Below, one piece after another: positions 36,501 through 48,003 of a stretch of DNA of 64,000 nucleotides. The position numbers were made by a program, and so were the translations under genes. A model generated the notes under the pieces. It was not told the origin of the DNA and ran no database searches. It worked only from the letters and a program-made list of their open reading frames with translations. Every line of letters starts with the position of its first letter. The stretch's first letter is position 1. Source of the stretch: Macrostomum lignano (Eukaryota); assembly GCA_002269645.1 (NCBI GenBank), contig NIVC01000459.1, positions 186,001 to 250,000 of the forward strand. The letters are read 5' to 3'.

Positions 36501-39500
36501 TCGAGCCGAAATCGAAGAAGAAATGAAAGCCAAGAAGAAGGAGCAGGCAAAACTGCAGCGCGAAGCCGGCCAGCTGGAGCAGGAGATCAAGAAAGCCGAG
36601 TTCAAGATTAACAAGAAGAAACCGGATCACATACGCTGCAAGGAGAGAATGCGGCATTTGCAGGTTTGATACTACTTGAGGCTGGTGGTCTTGCTTGCGG
36701 TGGGGAATTTCGGGTAGGGATCACAAAAGGGATTTTCTGTGGTAGGGATGTGACATTTTAGGGACATAATGGGTGGCTTTGGGATCGAGATGAGGAATTT
36801 CGGGGTCGAGACGGGGAATTTAGCGATCGAGATGGAGAATTTCGAGGCCCAGATGGGAATTTAGAAATCGAGAAGATGGGAAATTTAGGGATTGAGATAG
36901 GGAATTGCTGGGTCGAGGCCGGGAATGTCCGTGCCGGGATACGGAAATGTCGGTGTCGAAATGGAAACTTGTCAATCGTCATGATGGGGAATTTCCGTGC
37001 AGTGATGCCGTGTGATGGGGAATTTTCGTGATGGGGTGGGAACTTTATTTCGGGGTCAAGATGGAGAATTTCCGTGACAAGGATTTTGAATTTTAGCTTC
37101 ACCACCCCGCCATCAAACGCAACCCAGGACAAGTGCAACGACTGCAAGAAGTCACTGGAGAACGCTCGCCTAGCCAACACTGCTCACGTGCAGGAGACCA
37201 GCCATCTCGAAGCCGAATTGCGTAAAGTGCAAAGCCTGCGAGACGACTGGGAGCAGAGGCAGAGCCAGCAGTACGTTAGCCAGGGCAAAGATCTGCAGCT
37301 GGCCGATTCTCAGGTGCAAGAGTACAATCGGCTTAAACAGCAGGTGGCCATTGAGACTGCCGGCATTCAGGCTCGGCTGGACGATCACGAGAGAGAGTAC
37401 AGGGAGGACAAGGACAGCTACGATGCTATGGTTCGTGCTTGCAGTGCCAACAGACACTGACTGAAGGAGTCTAAGGGGTTTGGCAGCTGTCTGATAGACC
37501 ATGAGAGGTTTAGCATCTGTCTGATAGATCCTGATAGATTTAGCATCTGTCTGATGGATCCTGATAGATTTAACAGCTGTCTGATAGATCCTGATAGATT
37601 TAGCAGCTGTCTGACAGATCCTGATAGATTTAGCAGCTGTCTAATAGATCCTGATAGATTTAGCATCTGTCTGATAGATCCTGATAGATTTAGCATCTGT
37701 CTGATAGATCCTGATAGATTTAGCATCTGTCTGATAGATCCTGATAGATTTAGCATCTGTCTGATAGATCCTGATAGATTTAGCATCTGTCTGATTGAAT
37801 CCTGATAGATTTAGCAGCTGTCTGATAGATCCTGATAGATTTAGCATCTGTCTGATAGATCCTGATAGATTTAGCATCTGTCTGATAGATCCTGATATAT
37901 TTAGCATCTGTCTGATGGATCCTGATAGATTTAGCATCTGTCTGATAGATCCTGATAGATTTAGCATCTGTCTGATAGATCCTGATAGATTTAGCATCTG
38001 TCTGATAGATCCTGATAGATTTAGCATCTGTCTGATAGATCCTGATAGATTTAACAGCTGTCTGATAGATCCTGATAGATTTAGCAGCTGTCTGATAGAT
38101 CCTGATAGATTTAGCAGCTGTCTAATAGATCCTGATAGATTTAGCATCTGTCTGATAGATCCTGATAGATTTAGCATCTGTCTGATAGATCCTGATAGAT
38201 TTAGCATCTGTCTGATAGATCCTGATAGATTTAGCATCTGTCTGATAGATCCTGATAGATTTAGCATCTGTCTGATTGAATCCTGATAGATTTAGCAGCT
38301 GTCTGATAGATCCTGATAGATTTAGCATCTGTCTGATAGATCCTGATAGATTTAGCATCTGTCTGATAGATCCTGATATATTTAGCATCTGTCTGATGGA
38401 TCCTGATAGATTTAGCATCTGTCTGATAGATCCTGATAGATTTAGCATCTGTCTGATAGATCCTGATAGATTTAGCATCTGTCTGATAGATCCTGATAGA
38501 TTTAGCATCTGTCTGATAGATCCTGATAGATTTAGCATCTGTCTGATAGATCCTGATAGATTTAGCATCTGTCTGATAGATCCTGATAGATTTAGCATCT
38601 GTCTGATAGATCCTGATAGATTTAGCATCTGTCTGATAGATCCTGATAGATTTAGCATCTGTCTGATAGATCCTGATAGATTTAGCATCTGTCTGATAGA
38701 TCCTGATAGATTTAGCATCTGTCTGATAGATCCTGATAGATTTAGCAGCTGTCACTGAAGGTTCAGGTTCAAACAGGTTCAGGTTAGAGTGGCTCTCAGA
38801 GTTAGCTATAGACAATCAAAGTAAAGCTCCTGCATCTCTCGCACTATCAGGTTCGCCACAAGAACGACATTGTGAGCTCCTACAAGCGCAAAGAGACCGA
38901 GCTAAGCGAGAATCAGAAGCGCCTATCCAAACTAGAAGAGTACATATCGTCCTCTAGGCAGCAGATTCACGAGCTTAGGCAGCTGGCCGAGCGCCTCACT
39001 GAGGAGATCAACACGGCTAATGAACGGCTGGAGAAGCTTCAACAGGAGCTGGCCGAAATTGACAGGCAGCTTGGCGATGCCAGTGTTGAGCGAACCGAAA
39101 GCTCCAGGGCTCAGCGTAAGCGCGAACTTATCGACAATCTTAAGCGACTGTTTCCCAGCGTGTCTGGCCGGCTGTTGGAAATGTGCGAGCCTTCGCATCG
39201 GAAATATCAGGTGGCTATTACTAAGGTGAGCATGGGATTTCGTCTCATTGGGATTAGCTGGATTATGCAGTATTGGGATTAGCTGGATTGTACAGCATAG
39301 GGATTAGCTGGATTGTACAGTATTGGGATTAGCTGGATTGTACAGTATAGGGATTAGCTGGATTGTACAGTATTGCGATTAGCTGGATTGTACAGTATTG
39401 GGATTAGCTGGATTGTACAGTATTGGGATTAGCTGGATTGTACAGTATTGGGATTAGCTGGATTGTACAGTATTGAGATTATCTGGATGCTGGATTGTAC

Positions 39501-42500
39501 AGTGTTGGGATTAGCTGGATTGTACAGTATTGGGATTAGCTGAATTGTACAGTATTGCGATTAGCTGGATTGTACAGTATTGAGATTAGCTGGATGCTGG
39601 ATTGTACAGTGTTGGAATTAGCTGGATTGTACAGTGTTGGGATTAGCTGGATTGTACAGTATTGGGATTAGCTGGATTGTACAGTATTGAGATTAGCTGG
39701 ATTGTACAGTGTTGGGATTAGCCGGATTGTACAGTGTTGGGATTAGCCGGATTGTACAGTGTTGGGATTAGCCGCATTGTACAGTGTTGGTATTAGCTGG
39801 ATTGTACAGTATTGAAATTAGCTGGGTTGTACAGTATCGGGATGCATAAATTATAAGATTGCAAAGGCCATAACTTCTCACTTAGAATTTCTACTACAGC
39901 TTAGAGCTAAACGGCTGTGTGCTAACCGTGATCGAATCTGCTTAACCTGTTAGGCTAAGTACTATACCCTAAGCTTAATTAACAACCGCAATAAAACCAC
40001 TGCCCTGACAGGTGCTCGGCAAGTACATGGACGCGATCGTGGTCGACTCCGAGAGCACGGCCAAAGACTGCATCACCTACATGAAGGAGCAGCGACTCGA
40101 GCCCGAGACCTTCCTGCCGTTAGACTACCTGGACGTGGCTCCTATAGACGAGAAGCTTCGCGGAATTAAATCGCCAGAGAATGTCCACCTGGTGATCGAC
40201 GTGATTCACTTTGATCCGCCGACCATTAAGAAGGCGCTGCAATTCGCCTGCGGCAACGCGCTGGTCTGCGAAACAGTCGAGGACGCTCGCTACGTGGCCT
40301 ACAAGACTGGAGGGAGAAAGAAGACCGTCAGCCTGGATGGCACCCTGTTCCAGAAGAGCGGAGTCATCAGCGGTGGAGCCAGCGAGCTGCGCGCCAGGGC
40401 CAGACGATGGGACGAGAAACAGGTGGCCAATCTGAAGAACAAGAAAGAGAAGCTGCAGGCCGAGCTCAAAGATTTGATGAAGATTAAAAGAAAGGAGGCC
40501 GAATTAAAGAATGTTCAGTCCTCTATTCAGGGCCTGGAGACCCGGCTGAAGTATACAGAGAAGGATCGGGACACCACCGTAAGTTGCTGTTGGAAACGGC
40601 CTATTGATTTTAATGATTTTGATTGGCCTGAAATCGCTTGCTCGAGTTCATCAACACTATTCTTCATGCCGTGTCTCTTCCTAAAAATAAATCGATAATA
40701 AAGTCTTGAGAATCTCAAGTTGAGATCGGTGAATGGAAATGAGCTGTGTGAGAAATCTAAGCTGCAGTTCACTCTGCCGTGATTGGGTAGCAGCCATAAG
40801 CTGCAGTTCACTCTGCTGTGATTGGCTAGCAGACATGAGCTGCAGTTCACTCTGCTGTGATTGGCTAGCAGACATGAGCTGCAGTTCACTCTGCTGTGAT
40901 TGAGTAGCAGCTCTGGGCTGCAGTTCACTCTGCTGTGATTGAGTAGCAGCTCTGGGCTGCAGTTCACTCTGCTGTGATTGGCTAGCAGCTCTAGGCTGCA
41001 GTTCACTCTGCTGTGATTGGCTAGCAGACATGAGCTGCAGTTCACTCTGCTGTGATTGAGTAGCAGCTCTGGGCTGCAGTTCACTCTGCTGTGATTGGCT
41101 AGCAGACATGAGCTGCAGTTCACTCTGCTGTGATTGAGTAGCAGCTCTGGGCTGCAATTCACTCTGCTGTGATTGAGTAGCAGCTCTGGGCTGCAATTCA
41201 CTCTGCTGTGATTGAGTAGCAGCTCTGGGCTGCAGTTCACTCTAATGTGATTGAGTAGTAGCTCTAGGCTGCAGTTCACTCTGCTGTGATTGGCTAGCAG
41301 CCATGAGCTGTAGTTCACTCTGCTGTGATTGGCTAGCAGCCATGAGCTGTAGTTCACTCTGCTGTGATTGGCTAGCAGCTCTGGGCTGCAGTTTACCCTG
41401 CTGTGATTGGCTAGCAGCTTTGGGCTGCAGTTCACTCTGAATGTGATTGGCTAGCAGACATGAGCTGTAGTTCACTCTGCGGTGATTGGGTAGCAGCCAT
41501 GAGCTGCAGTTCACTCTGCTGTGATTGAGTAGCAGCTCTGGGCTGCAGTTCACTCTGCTGTGATTGGCTAGCAGACATGAGCTGCAGTTCACTCTGCGGT
41601 GATTGGGTAGCAGCTCTGGGCTGCTGTAGTTCACTCTGCCGTGATTGGCTAGCAGCCATGAGCTGCAGTTCAATCTGCGGTGGTTGGCTAGCAGCTCTGG
41701 GCTGTAGTTCACTCTGCAGTGATTGGCTAGCAGCTCTGGGCTGTAGTTCACTCTGCGGTGATTGGCTAGCAGCTCTGGGCTGCTGTAGAAATATAAGCGT
41801 AGGAGTTGCAGTCGAGAATGTGTTTTTATTTCGAATACTTTCCTTTTTAAGTAATTGCAGATAACCATATCTTACTTATTATTTTTAACTTATTATATTT
41901 ATAGGACGCAGAGGTAAGTATTTTGTCTGCTAAGAAAGTTTTTCAAAGACAGGAATCAAATCAATCATTTTTCAGTTTATCATTGATTGAATAGTTGTTG
42001 AGGTATTGTTGCGGCTCAAAACAAAGTTTAATTTTGCATTTTTGTGTTTGCTTTTGCCTAAATAACATGATTTTTAGTTCTGTTCTTTTTATTCTAAAAG
42101 TACATCTAGGAATCCATTGTAAATCTTACAATTAGCAAAATATTTGGGTAACAAACTTACTTAGTCTATTGTATTTTTACTTTTTTATTTTCTTATAAAT
42201 TCAGACTACTAAAAGTAGCTTATCAGATTTTTGCCTGTTATTTTAACTACTAAATCAGGAGCAAAAGCTGAAACAGTCGAACGAGGCCGATTTGACCGAC
42301 ATGGGCGGCGAGCTGAACAAGATCGATGGCGAAGCCGCCAAACTGCAGATTCGAATGCAGCAGATCCACAATCTGATCGAGGCCGAGAGAGAGAAACTCA
42401 ATGGCGTTGAGGACACCGTGTTTCGCGACTTCTGCGCACAGATTGGCGTTGATAATATTCGTCTGTACGAGGAGCGGGAGCTCAGGGTGAGTGTCCGAGT

Positions 42501-45500
42501 TCTACACTGCAGTCTGCGCTGAATTCTGAGTCAGCGGAACGGGCAGAATTGTCATCAACTGAAGGCGTTTGCGCCAGGGTTGCCCACAGCCCTCTTTAAA
42601 TCATTGTTATGATTATTAATGGGTGCCTATGACACAAGTGACAGGTACCAAAGTGCATCAGCTACTTTTCCTCCAACCCCTTCTTCGTTGGCAGGTGGCC
42701 CAAGACCGGGACAAGCGTCGCATGGAGTATCAGCAGCAGATCCAGAAGCTCACTAACCAGCTGGAGTACGAGCGGTCCCGCGACACCGAGGCCGCTATCA
42801 GGCGCTGGGAGGAGCTTCTGCAAGAGGAACGGGGACAGATGGAGTCTCTGCGAGCTGAGGAGCAGAAACTCAAAGAGCAGATTGAACAGGAGGAGGCGAA
42901 GAAGAAGACTAGCGAGTCTAAGCTCAAGACCAGCCGGTCTCAGCTGGAGAAGCTCGAGGAAGAGTTTGGTGAGTTCTCAAGGGGGTTCTCCAAATCCACA
43001 ATGAGATTTTTGTGTGACATGAGATTGGTGGGGTGAGATAAGATTGATGAGATGGGATGAGATTAGTTGGCATGGGGTGAGATCAGATTGGTGTGGTGAG
43101 ATGAAATTTGTGGGGTGAGATGAGATAGGTAGCGTGAAATGAGATTGGTGGGTTGTGATGAGATTTGTGGGATGAGATGAGATTAATGGGATGAGATAAG
43201 ATTGATGGAATGAGATAAGATTGGTGCGGTTGAGATGATGAGATTTATGGGGTAAGAAATAAGATTGGAATGAGATAAGATTAGTGACATGGAAATGAGA
43301 TAAACTTGATGAGTTGAGATGAGAAAGAGATAAGTATTAGTGAGTGAGTCATTAGTGATGAGATGGGATTGACAGAGCGATGTGAATATGCATTGTTGCC
43401 ACTCAAATCAAAGCAAGCAATTGCACTGGCCCCCATCTTCCACAGGCGAAGTTCGCCGCCGTCTCGGCCTAAAACAAAAGGAGATCACCCGATGCCAGAA
43501 GGAGCTCACCCAGTGCGAATCTCGCCTAGAGACCAAGCGCTCTCAACGACACTCGCTGCTTCGTCAGGCCAAGATGGACGGTCTTGAGCTGCCGTTGCGC
43601 CAGGGCTCGATGGACGACATCGAAGACGAATACGACGAGGAGAATGTGCAGGCCGAGTCCCAGACTATTTACGCCAAGGAGGAGGGCATCGTTATTGATT
43701 TTCGCGGTCTGGACAAATCGTTGCGCAAATTTGAAGATCCCAAAGTTATCCAGTCTAAAGCCGACAGTCTCAGGAAAGAGGTGCGAGCTGGTGGCTCACT
43801 ATATCACTTGCTGTTTATTTGCTTTATCCCGCTTGAAGGGCTGCAGGTTCCCTTGCGAGGATTGCGTAATTACGATCTCAGATCGCTTATTAAGATCCAG
43901 GGTCGCTTTTTAGGATCCAGTGTTGCTTATTATAATCTATGATCGCTAATTGGGGTCCAGGGTCGCTTATTAAGGTCCAGGATCGCTTATTAAGGTCCAG
44001 GATCGCTTATTAAGATCCAGGGTCGCTTTTTAGGATCCAGTTTTGCTTATTATAATTATAATTAATTATATAATATAATTAATCCAGTTCAGGATCACTT
44101 ATTAAAATCCAGGGTCTTCTGGTCGCTTATTAGAATCCAGGGATGCTTGTTAGGATCCATGGTCGCTTGTTAGAATTTAGGGTCGCTTGTTGGGACCAAG
44201 GGTCGCTTTTTAAGATCCAGGATCGCTTGTTAGGATCCAGGGCTACTTCTTAAGATCTAAAGTCACTTTTAGGATCCAGGGTCGCTATTACGATCCAGGG
44301 TCGCTTGTTAGGATCCAGGGTCGCTTTTTAGGATCCAGGGTCGCTTTTTAGGATCCAGGGTCGCTTATTAGGATCCAGGGTCGCTTCTCACAATCCAGGG
44401 TCGCTTATTACAATCCAGGGTCGCTTTTTAGGATCCAGGGTCGCTTATTACAATCCAAGGTCGCTTTTTAGGATATCCGGGGTCGCTTGTTAGTATCCAG
44501 GTTCATTGTTATAAGATTCAGGGTCACCTGATGCAAAGGTGTACAATCAAGGCCAATAAGAAGCATTCACATGCAACCAACCCCAGGTGGACACGCTGGG
44601 CGCGCAGCTGCAGAATTTTGCTGGCGTGCCGAATCTCCGGGCCAGCGACAAGCTGACCACCGTAGAGGCCGAGCTGCGAGAAACCGAACTCGGCTTCGAG
44701 GAGGCGCGCAAGAAAGCCAAACGGGCCAAAGCCACATTCGAAAGCATCAAGCGTCGCCGCTACGAACGATTTATGACCTGCTTCAATAGCCTGGCGGACA
44801 GCATCGATCCGCTGTACAAATCTCTCAGCCGCAACTCTGGCGCCCAGGCCTCCTTGCTGCCTAGCAACATGGAAGAGCCCTACCTGGACGAGGTGCAGTT
44901 CCAATGCGTTGCGCCTGGCAAACGTTTCCAACAGATGGACTCCCTGTCTGGCGGCGAGAAAACCCTGGCCTCATTGGCTCTACTATTCGCTATGCACAAG
45001 TATAATCCGGCTCCGTTCTTCTTCCTGGACGAGGTTGACGCGGCTCTTGACAACACTAATATTGGTTAGTAGTGCTCTGTGTACTAATAATATGAGTTTA
45101 CCCAATTTGTTTAACTAATAAGACGGCGAAGCACTATTTTATTAAAGCAACGCCAAGTTGCTCCGGCCGTTTACCTTACAATAAAGTACTAATAAGATGA
45201 CGAGGCAATTTCGTGTAAACAACGCAATAGTTACTCCAGCTGTTTACCTAATCTGAGTAACATATACCACTCTGTCTCCCGGCAGGCAAGGTGGCCTCCT
45301 TCATCAAGGAGTACGCCTCCACCCAGTGCCAAGTTATTGTCATCTCGCTCAAAGAAGAATTCTACGGCCGATCTGACGCTTTAATTGGTATCTGTCCGGA
45401 CAATGACAATAGCTGTCTGGTATCGCGCGTGTTCACCCTGGACCTGAGCGCCTATCCGGACACAATGCAGGAGCCGCTGGTTCATGGACAGCCTCCGCAG

Positions 45501-45545
45501 CAGCAGCAGCAGCAGCAGCAGCAGGCAACCCCTAGCAAAGTCTAG
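30433..45545 (+). CDS. SMC1: Cohesin subunit SMC1, join(30433-30544,32972-33192,34134-34334,35144-35362,36487-36663,37128-37430,38851-39225,40012-40578,42259-42486,42695-42968,43446-43780,44587-45064,45286-45545), 3750 nt, ~1249 aa
   Basis: Walker [15 protein letters not shown]-loop FLVFQG, hinge [11 protein letters not shown]...ETFLPLD, signature LSGGEK, Walker B/D-loop [19 protein letters not shown]. All 12 introns are GT-AG and phase-consistent; length matches SMC1 (~1230 aa). Confidence 0.97.
32972..33192 (+). CDS. SMC1: SMC1 exon 2
   Basis: cacgcag|[15 protein letters not shown]...YKINNS|gtgagg. Confidence 0.95.
33270..33990. repeat. 38/39-nt G-rich minisatellite, SMC1 intron 2
   Basis: GCTGAGCACCGAGAGGGTGGTGGGGTGAGCAGCGGCCAA x ~18. 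Confidence 0.96.
34134..34334 (+). CDS. SMC1: SMC1 exon 3
   Basis: ttccgcag|TVRAEEY...[10 protein letters not shown]...AEMEQ|gtgagc. Confidence 0.95.
34390..34960. repeat. ~30-35-nt G/A-rich minisatellite, SMC1 intron 3
   Basis: GGGGAATCGCGGGGATGAAGGGGGATAAAAAAT variants. Confidence 0.93.
35144..35362 (+). CDS. SMC1: SMC1 exon 4
   Basis: gccgcag|[13 protein letters not shown]...EKNLQ|gtgcga. Confidence 0.93.
35385..36455. repeat. 32-nt minisatellite, SMC1 intron 4
   Basis: GTGAGTCTCACTGATTGCAGCATTATTGGGGA x ~33. Confidence 0.97.
36487..36663 (+). CDS. SMC1: SMC1 exon 5
   Basis: tttccag|[26 protein letters not shown]...[10 protein letters not shown]|gtttga; coiled coil. Confidence 0.9.
36700..37080. 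repeat. Degenerate GGGAATTT-based repeat, SMC1 intron 5
   Basis: Recurring GGGAATTTC...TCGAGA modules. Confidence 0.65.
37128..37430 (+). CDS. SMC1: SMC1 exon 6
   Basis: aacccag|[14 protein letters not shown]...DSYDAM|gttcgt. Confidence 0.88.
37480..38755. repeat. 30-nt minisatellite with a 481-nt higher-order duplication, SMC1 intron 6
   Basis: TCCTGATAGATTTAGCATCTGTCTGATAGA x ~42; variant units recur 481 nt apart. Confidence 0.97.
38851..39225 (+). CDS. SMC1: SMC1 exon 7
   Basis: ctatcag|VRHKNDIV...[26 protein letters not shown]|gtgagc. Confidence 0.93.
39250..39845. repeat. 25-nt minisatellite, SMC1 intron 7
   Basis: GGGATTAGCTGGATTGTACAGTATT x ~23. Confidence 0.96.
40012..40578 (+). 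CDS. SMC1: SMC1 exon 8 (hinge)
   Basis: ctgacag|[12 protein letters not shown]...KSGVISGG...DRDTT|gtaagt. Confidence 0.96.
40755..41790. repeat. 39-nt minisatellite, SMC1 intron 8
   Basis: CTGCAGTTCACTCTGCTGTGATTGGCTAGCAGACATGAG x ~26. Confidence 0.96.
42259..42486 (+). CDS. SMC1: SMC1 exon 9
   Basis: aaatcag|EQKLKQ...[23 protein letters not shown]|gtgagt. Confidence 0.93.
42695..42968 (+). CDS. SMC1: SMC1 exon 10
   Basis: ttggcag|[12 protein letters not shown]...LEEEF G|gtgagt. Confidence 0.93.
43010..43350. repeat. Degenerate GAGAT/GGGGTGAGAT repeat, SMC1 intron 10
   Basis: Directly visible low-complexity modules. Confidence 0.8.
43446..43780 (+). CDS. SMC1: SMC1 exon 11
   Basis: ttccacag|GC EVRRRLG...SLRKE|gtgcga. 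Confidence 0.93.
43890..44510. repeat. 20-nt minisatellite, SMC1 intron 11
   Basis: GGATCCAGGGTCGCTTATTA variants. Confidence 0.93.
44587..45064 (+). CDS. SMC1: SMC1 exon 12 (C-terminal head)
   Basis: accccag|VDTLGAQ...PNLRA...LSGGEKT...[14 protein letters not shown]|gttagt. Confidence 0.96.
45286..45545 (+). CDS. SMC1: SMC1 exon 13
   Basis: cccggcag|GC KVASFIK...VISLKEEFY...[10 protein letters not shown]. Confidence 0.94.
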
Positions 45546-46319
45546 GCGTCTAGCTCTCAATTAAAAAAACTTAAAAGACAAGAAACTGCTTCTATCGCAA
45601 TGTTTCTGTTTTGCTTATTGTTCCTACTGGCTAATCAAGATGATCTTGTGCGTGTACATTCATTAATCCGAAAAAAAGTTTTTGCTTCTATCAGCTGTTT
45701 AATATCGCTGGTTATTGAAATCGTGAATGATTAAATCGTTGTGTATTTATCCAACTTTTTGTTCTCATAATTTCCCTCGCTGTCTACTGGTCAGTAGTGT
45801 AGTAAGTGCCATGCATGTATAACTGTTTCTAGTAGTAGCGTATCGATTGCATGTATCTTGTTCTTATTACACCATTTTCTATCTTTAGTTTCGTTATTAA
45901 TTAAATATAAATTATTTAGCAATGTCCGCACCTGTACGCTTTTTCATTTTCATTAATTTGTATTATTATTAAACCAGTTTGTGTTGTGTCTTATATTTCC
46001 GTGTTAGAGGCGCTTTATGTTGTTATATTGTCGCATTGAATGGCAGCTCTTATTACTGTTTTTTTATCCCACTTAAATTAAGGCAAACGTATCAAGTTCG
46101 TTTGCAAGAATATACTGTTGCTGAGCACTGAGCTGCTTTGTTTGTCCGGTTTTTTAAATACTCGTAGTCAAACAAAATTCAAAACCTGTTGGTGTCGCGG
46201 TTTTTAGGGTTCGTTTAAATGGCACTGCAGGTCGCCTGATAATATCTGATTAGTTTCTGACGTACCCCACAGTCCCCTATAGCACAGCTTAGCTTTTATT
46301 ATTTTGTTATCTCTGTTCC

Positions 46320-47185
46320 AGCTGACTGTAGCTTGTTTTATATGGTCATTTGAATGTCATTCATTTGACTGTCAGCTATTTGACTGTCACCCATTTGACT
46401 GTCACCCAATTGACTGTCAGCTATTTGACTGTCAGCTATTTGACTGTCAGCTATTTGACTGTCAGCCATTTGACTGTCAGCTATTTAACTGTCAGCCATT
46501 TGACTGTCAGCTATTTGACTGTCAGCTATTTGACTGTCAGCTATTTAACTGTCAGCTATTTGACTGTCAGCTATTTGACTGTCAGCTATTTAACTGTCAG
46601 CCATTTGACTGTCACCCATTTGACTGTCACCCATTTGACTGTCAGCTATTTGACTGTCAGCCATTTGACTGTCAGCTATTTGACTGTCACCCATTTGACT
46701 GCCAGCTATTTGACTGTCAGCTATTTGACTGTCAGCCATTTGACTGTCAGCCATTTGACTGTCACCCATTTGATTGTCAGCCATTTGACTGTCACCCATT
46801 TGACTGTCAGCCATTTGACTGTCAGCTATTTGACCAACCATTTGACTGTCACCCATTTGACTGTCACCCATTTGACTGTCAGCTATTTGACTGTCACCCA
46901 TTTGACTCACCCATTTGACTGTCACCCATTTGACTCACCCATTTGACTGTCACCCATTTGACTGTCAGCTATTTGACTGTCACCCATTTGACTGTCAGCT
47001 ATTTGACTGTCAGCCATTTGACTGTCAGCTATTTGACTGTCATCTATTTGACTGTCAGCTACATTTGATTGTCACCCATTTGACTGTCAGCTATTTGACT
47101 GTCAGCCATTTGACTGTCAGCTATTTGACTGTCATCTATTTGACTGTCAGCTACATTTGATTGTCACCCATTTGACTGTCAGCTA
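46320..47185. repeat. 15-nt minisatellite between the convergent SMC1 and Rheb 3' ends
   Basis: TTTGACTGTCAGCTA / TTTGACTGTCACCCA x ~55. Confidence 0.97.
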
Positions 47186-47913
47186 GTTTAGGGTTAAAGT
47201 TCGGCAGCTTAGACCTTATATGGTCATTACTTTTATGCAATTTAATCGAACTTAAATAACGCTTTAAATATTCAGAATTTATTTAATCTTAAAAATAATG
47301 AAGGCCTGAACTGCTATACGAACGGTTTAACTAGCAGTATATATTTATGTCTGATAGTAATTACAAGCACCAGATTAGGAAAAAACAGCAACTACATGTA
47401 TAAGTAGTGTCAAAAAATAATATAACTAAATAGTTATTGATTCAGACAACAAAACCGTGATAAACAATAAATTGCAACTACATTGTTTGCAGTAATGTGG
47501 ATCAGTACTGATATATACGAGTATAATTATTGTCTGAAGTTGTCCCTGATTAGTGAAAGCAAGCAGTTTGTTTAAAAAGGAATCGACTTAATGGACGAAA
47601 AGAACAAAAAATAAAACAAAAAAACAGTATATACTGGATGAACTATGTACAAGTTTGAAGAAAATACAATCTCTATATCTATAATGAAAAATGTAAAGTA
47701 AAGACAAAGGTCCTAGACAAGCTTAGCGTCTATCCAGAGGGAGTTTAAAAATAAAAAAGAAATTAACAGAATCAGCCGACACTGAAGTCAGAAAAGGAAT
47801 TTTTGGCATCTCAAGATGGACAAAAATAACAGGAAGGAACGGTCCTCGCGTCTCTGTGACTTTTGTATGTTGACGGCAGTGCAGAAGGAAAATTATTTTG
47901 TTCTCCTAATCAC

Positions 47914-48003
47914 CTACGATATGCAACAGTTGCGCTCTTGCTTGATGTTGCCGTTCAGCTTCTCCACCTCGTACAGGCACTTGTCAAACACTTCTTGAAC
48001 GTT
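47914..48003 (-). CDS. Rheb: Rheb-like coding exon 3 (CaaX)
   Basis: cattgcag|NVQEVFDKCLYEVEKLNGNIKQERNCCIS*. Confidence 0.92.
   Translation of the reverse strand, partial: NVQEVFDKCLYEVEKLNGNIKQERNCCIS

Noticed and set aside
33182-41868. Many 100-300 aa repetitive ORFs inside SMC1 introns
   Set aside because: Each coincides with an intronic minisatellite; the SMC1 exons join without them
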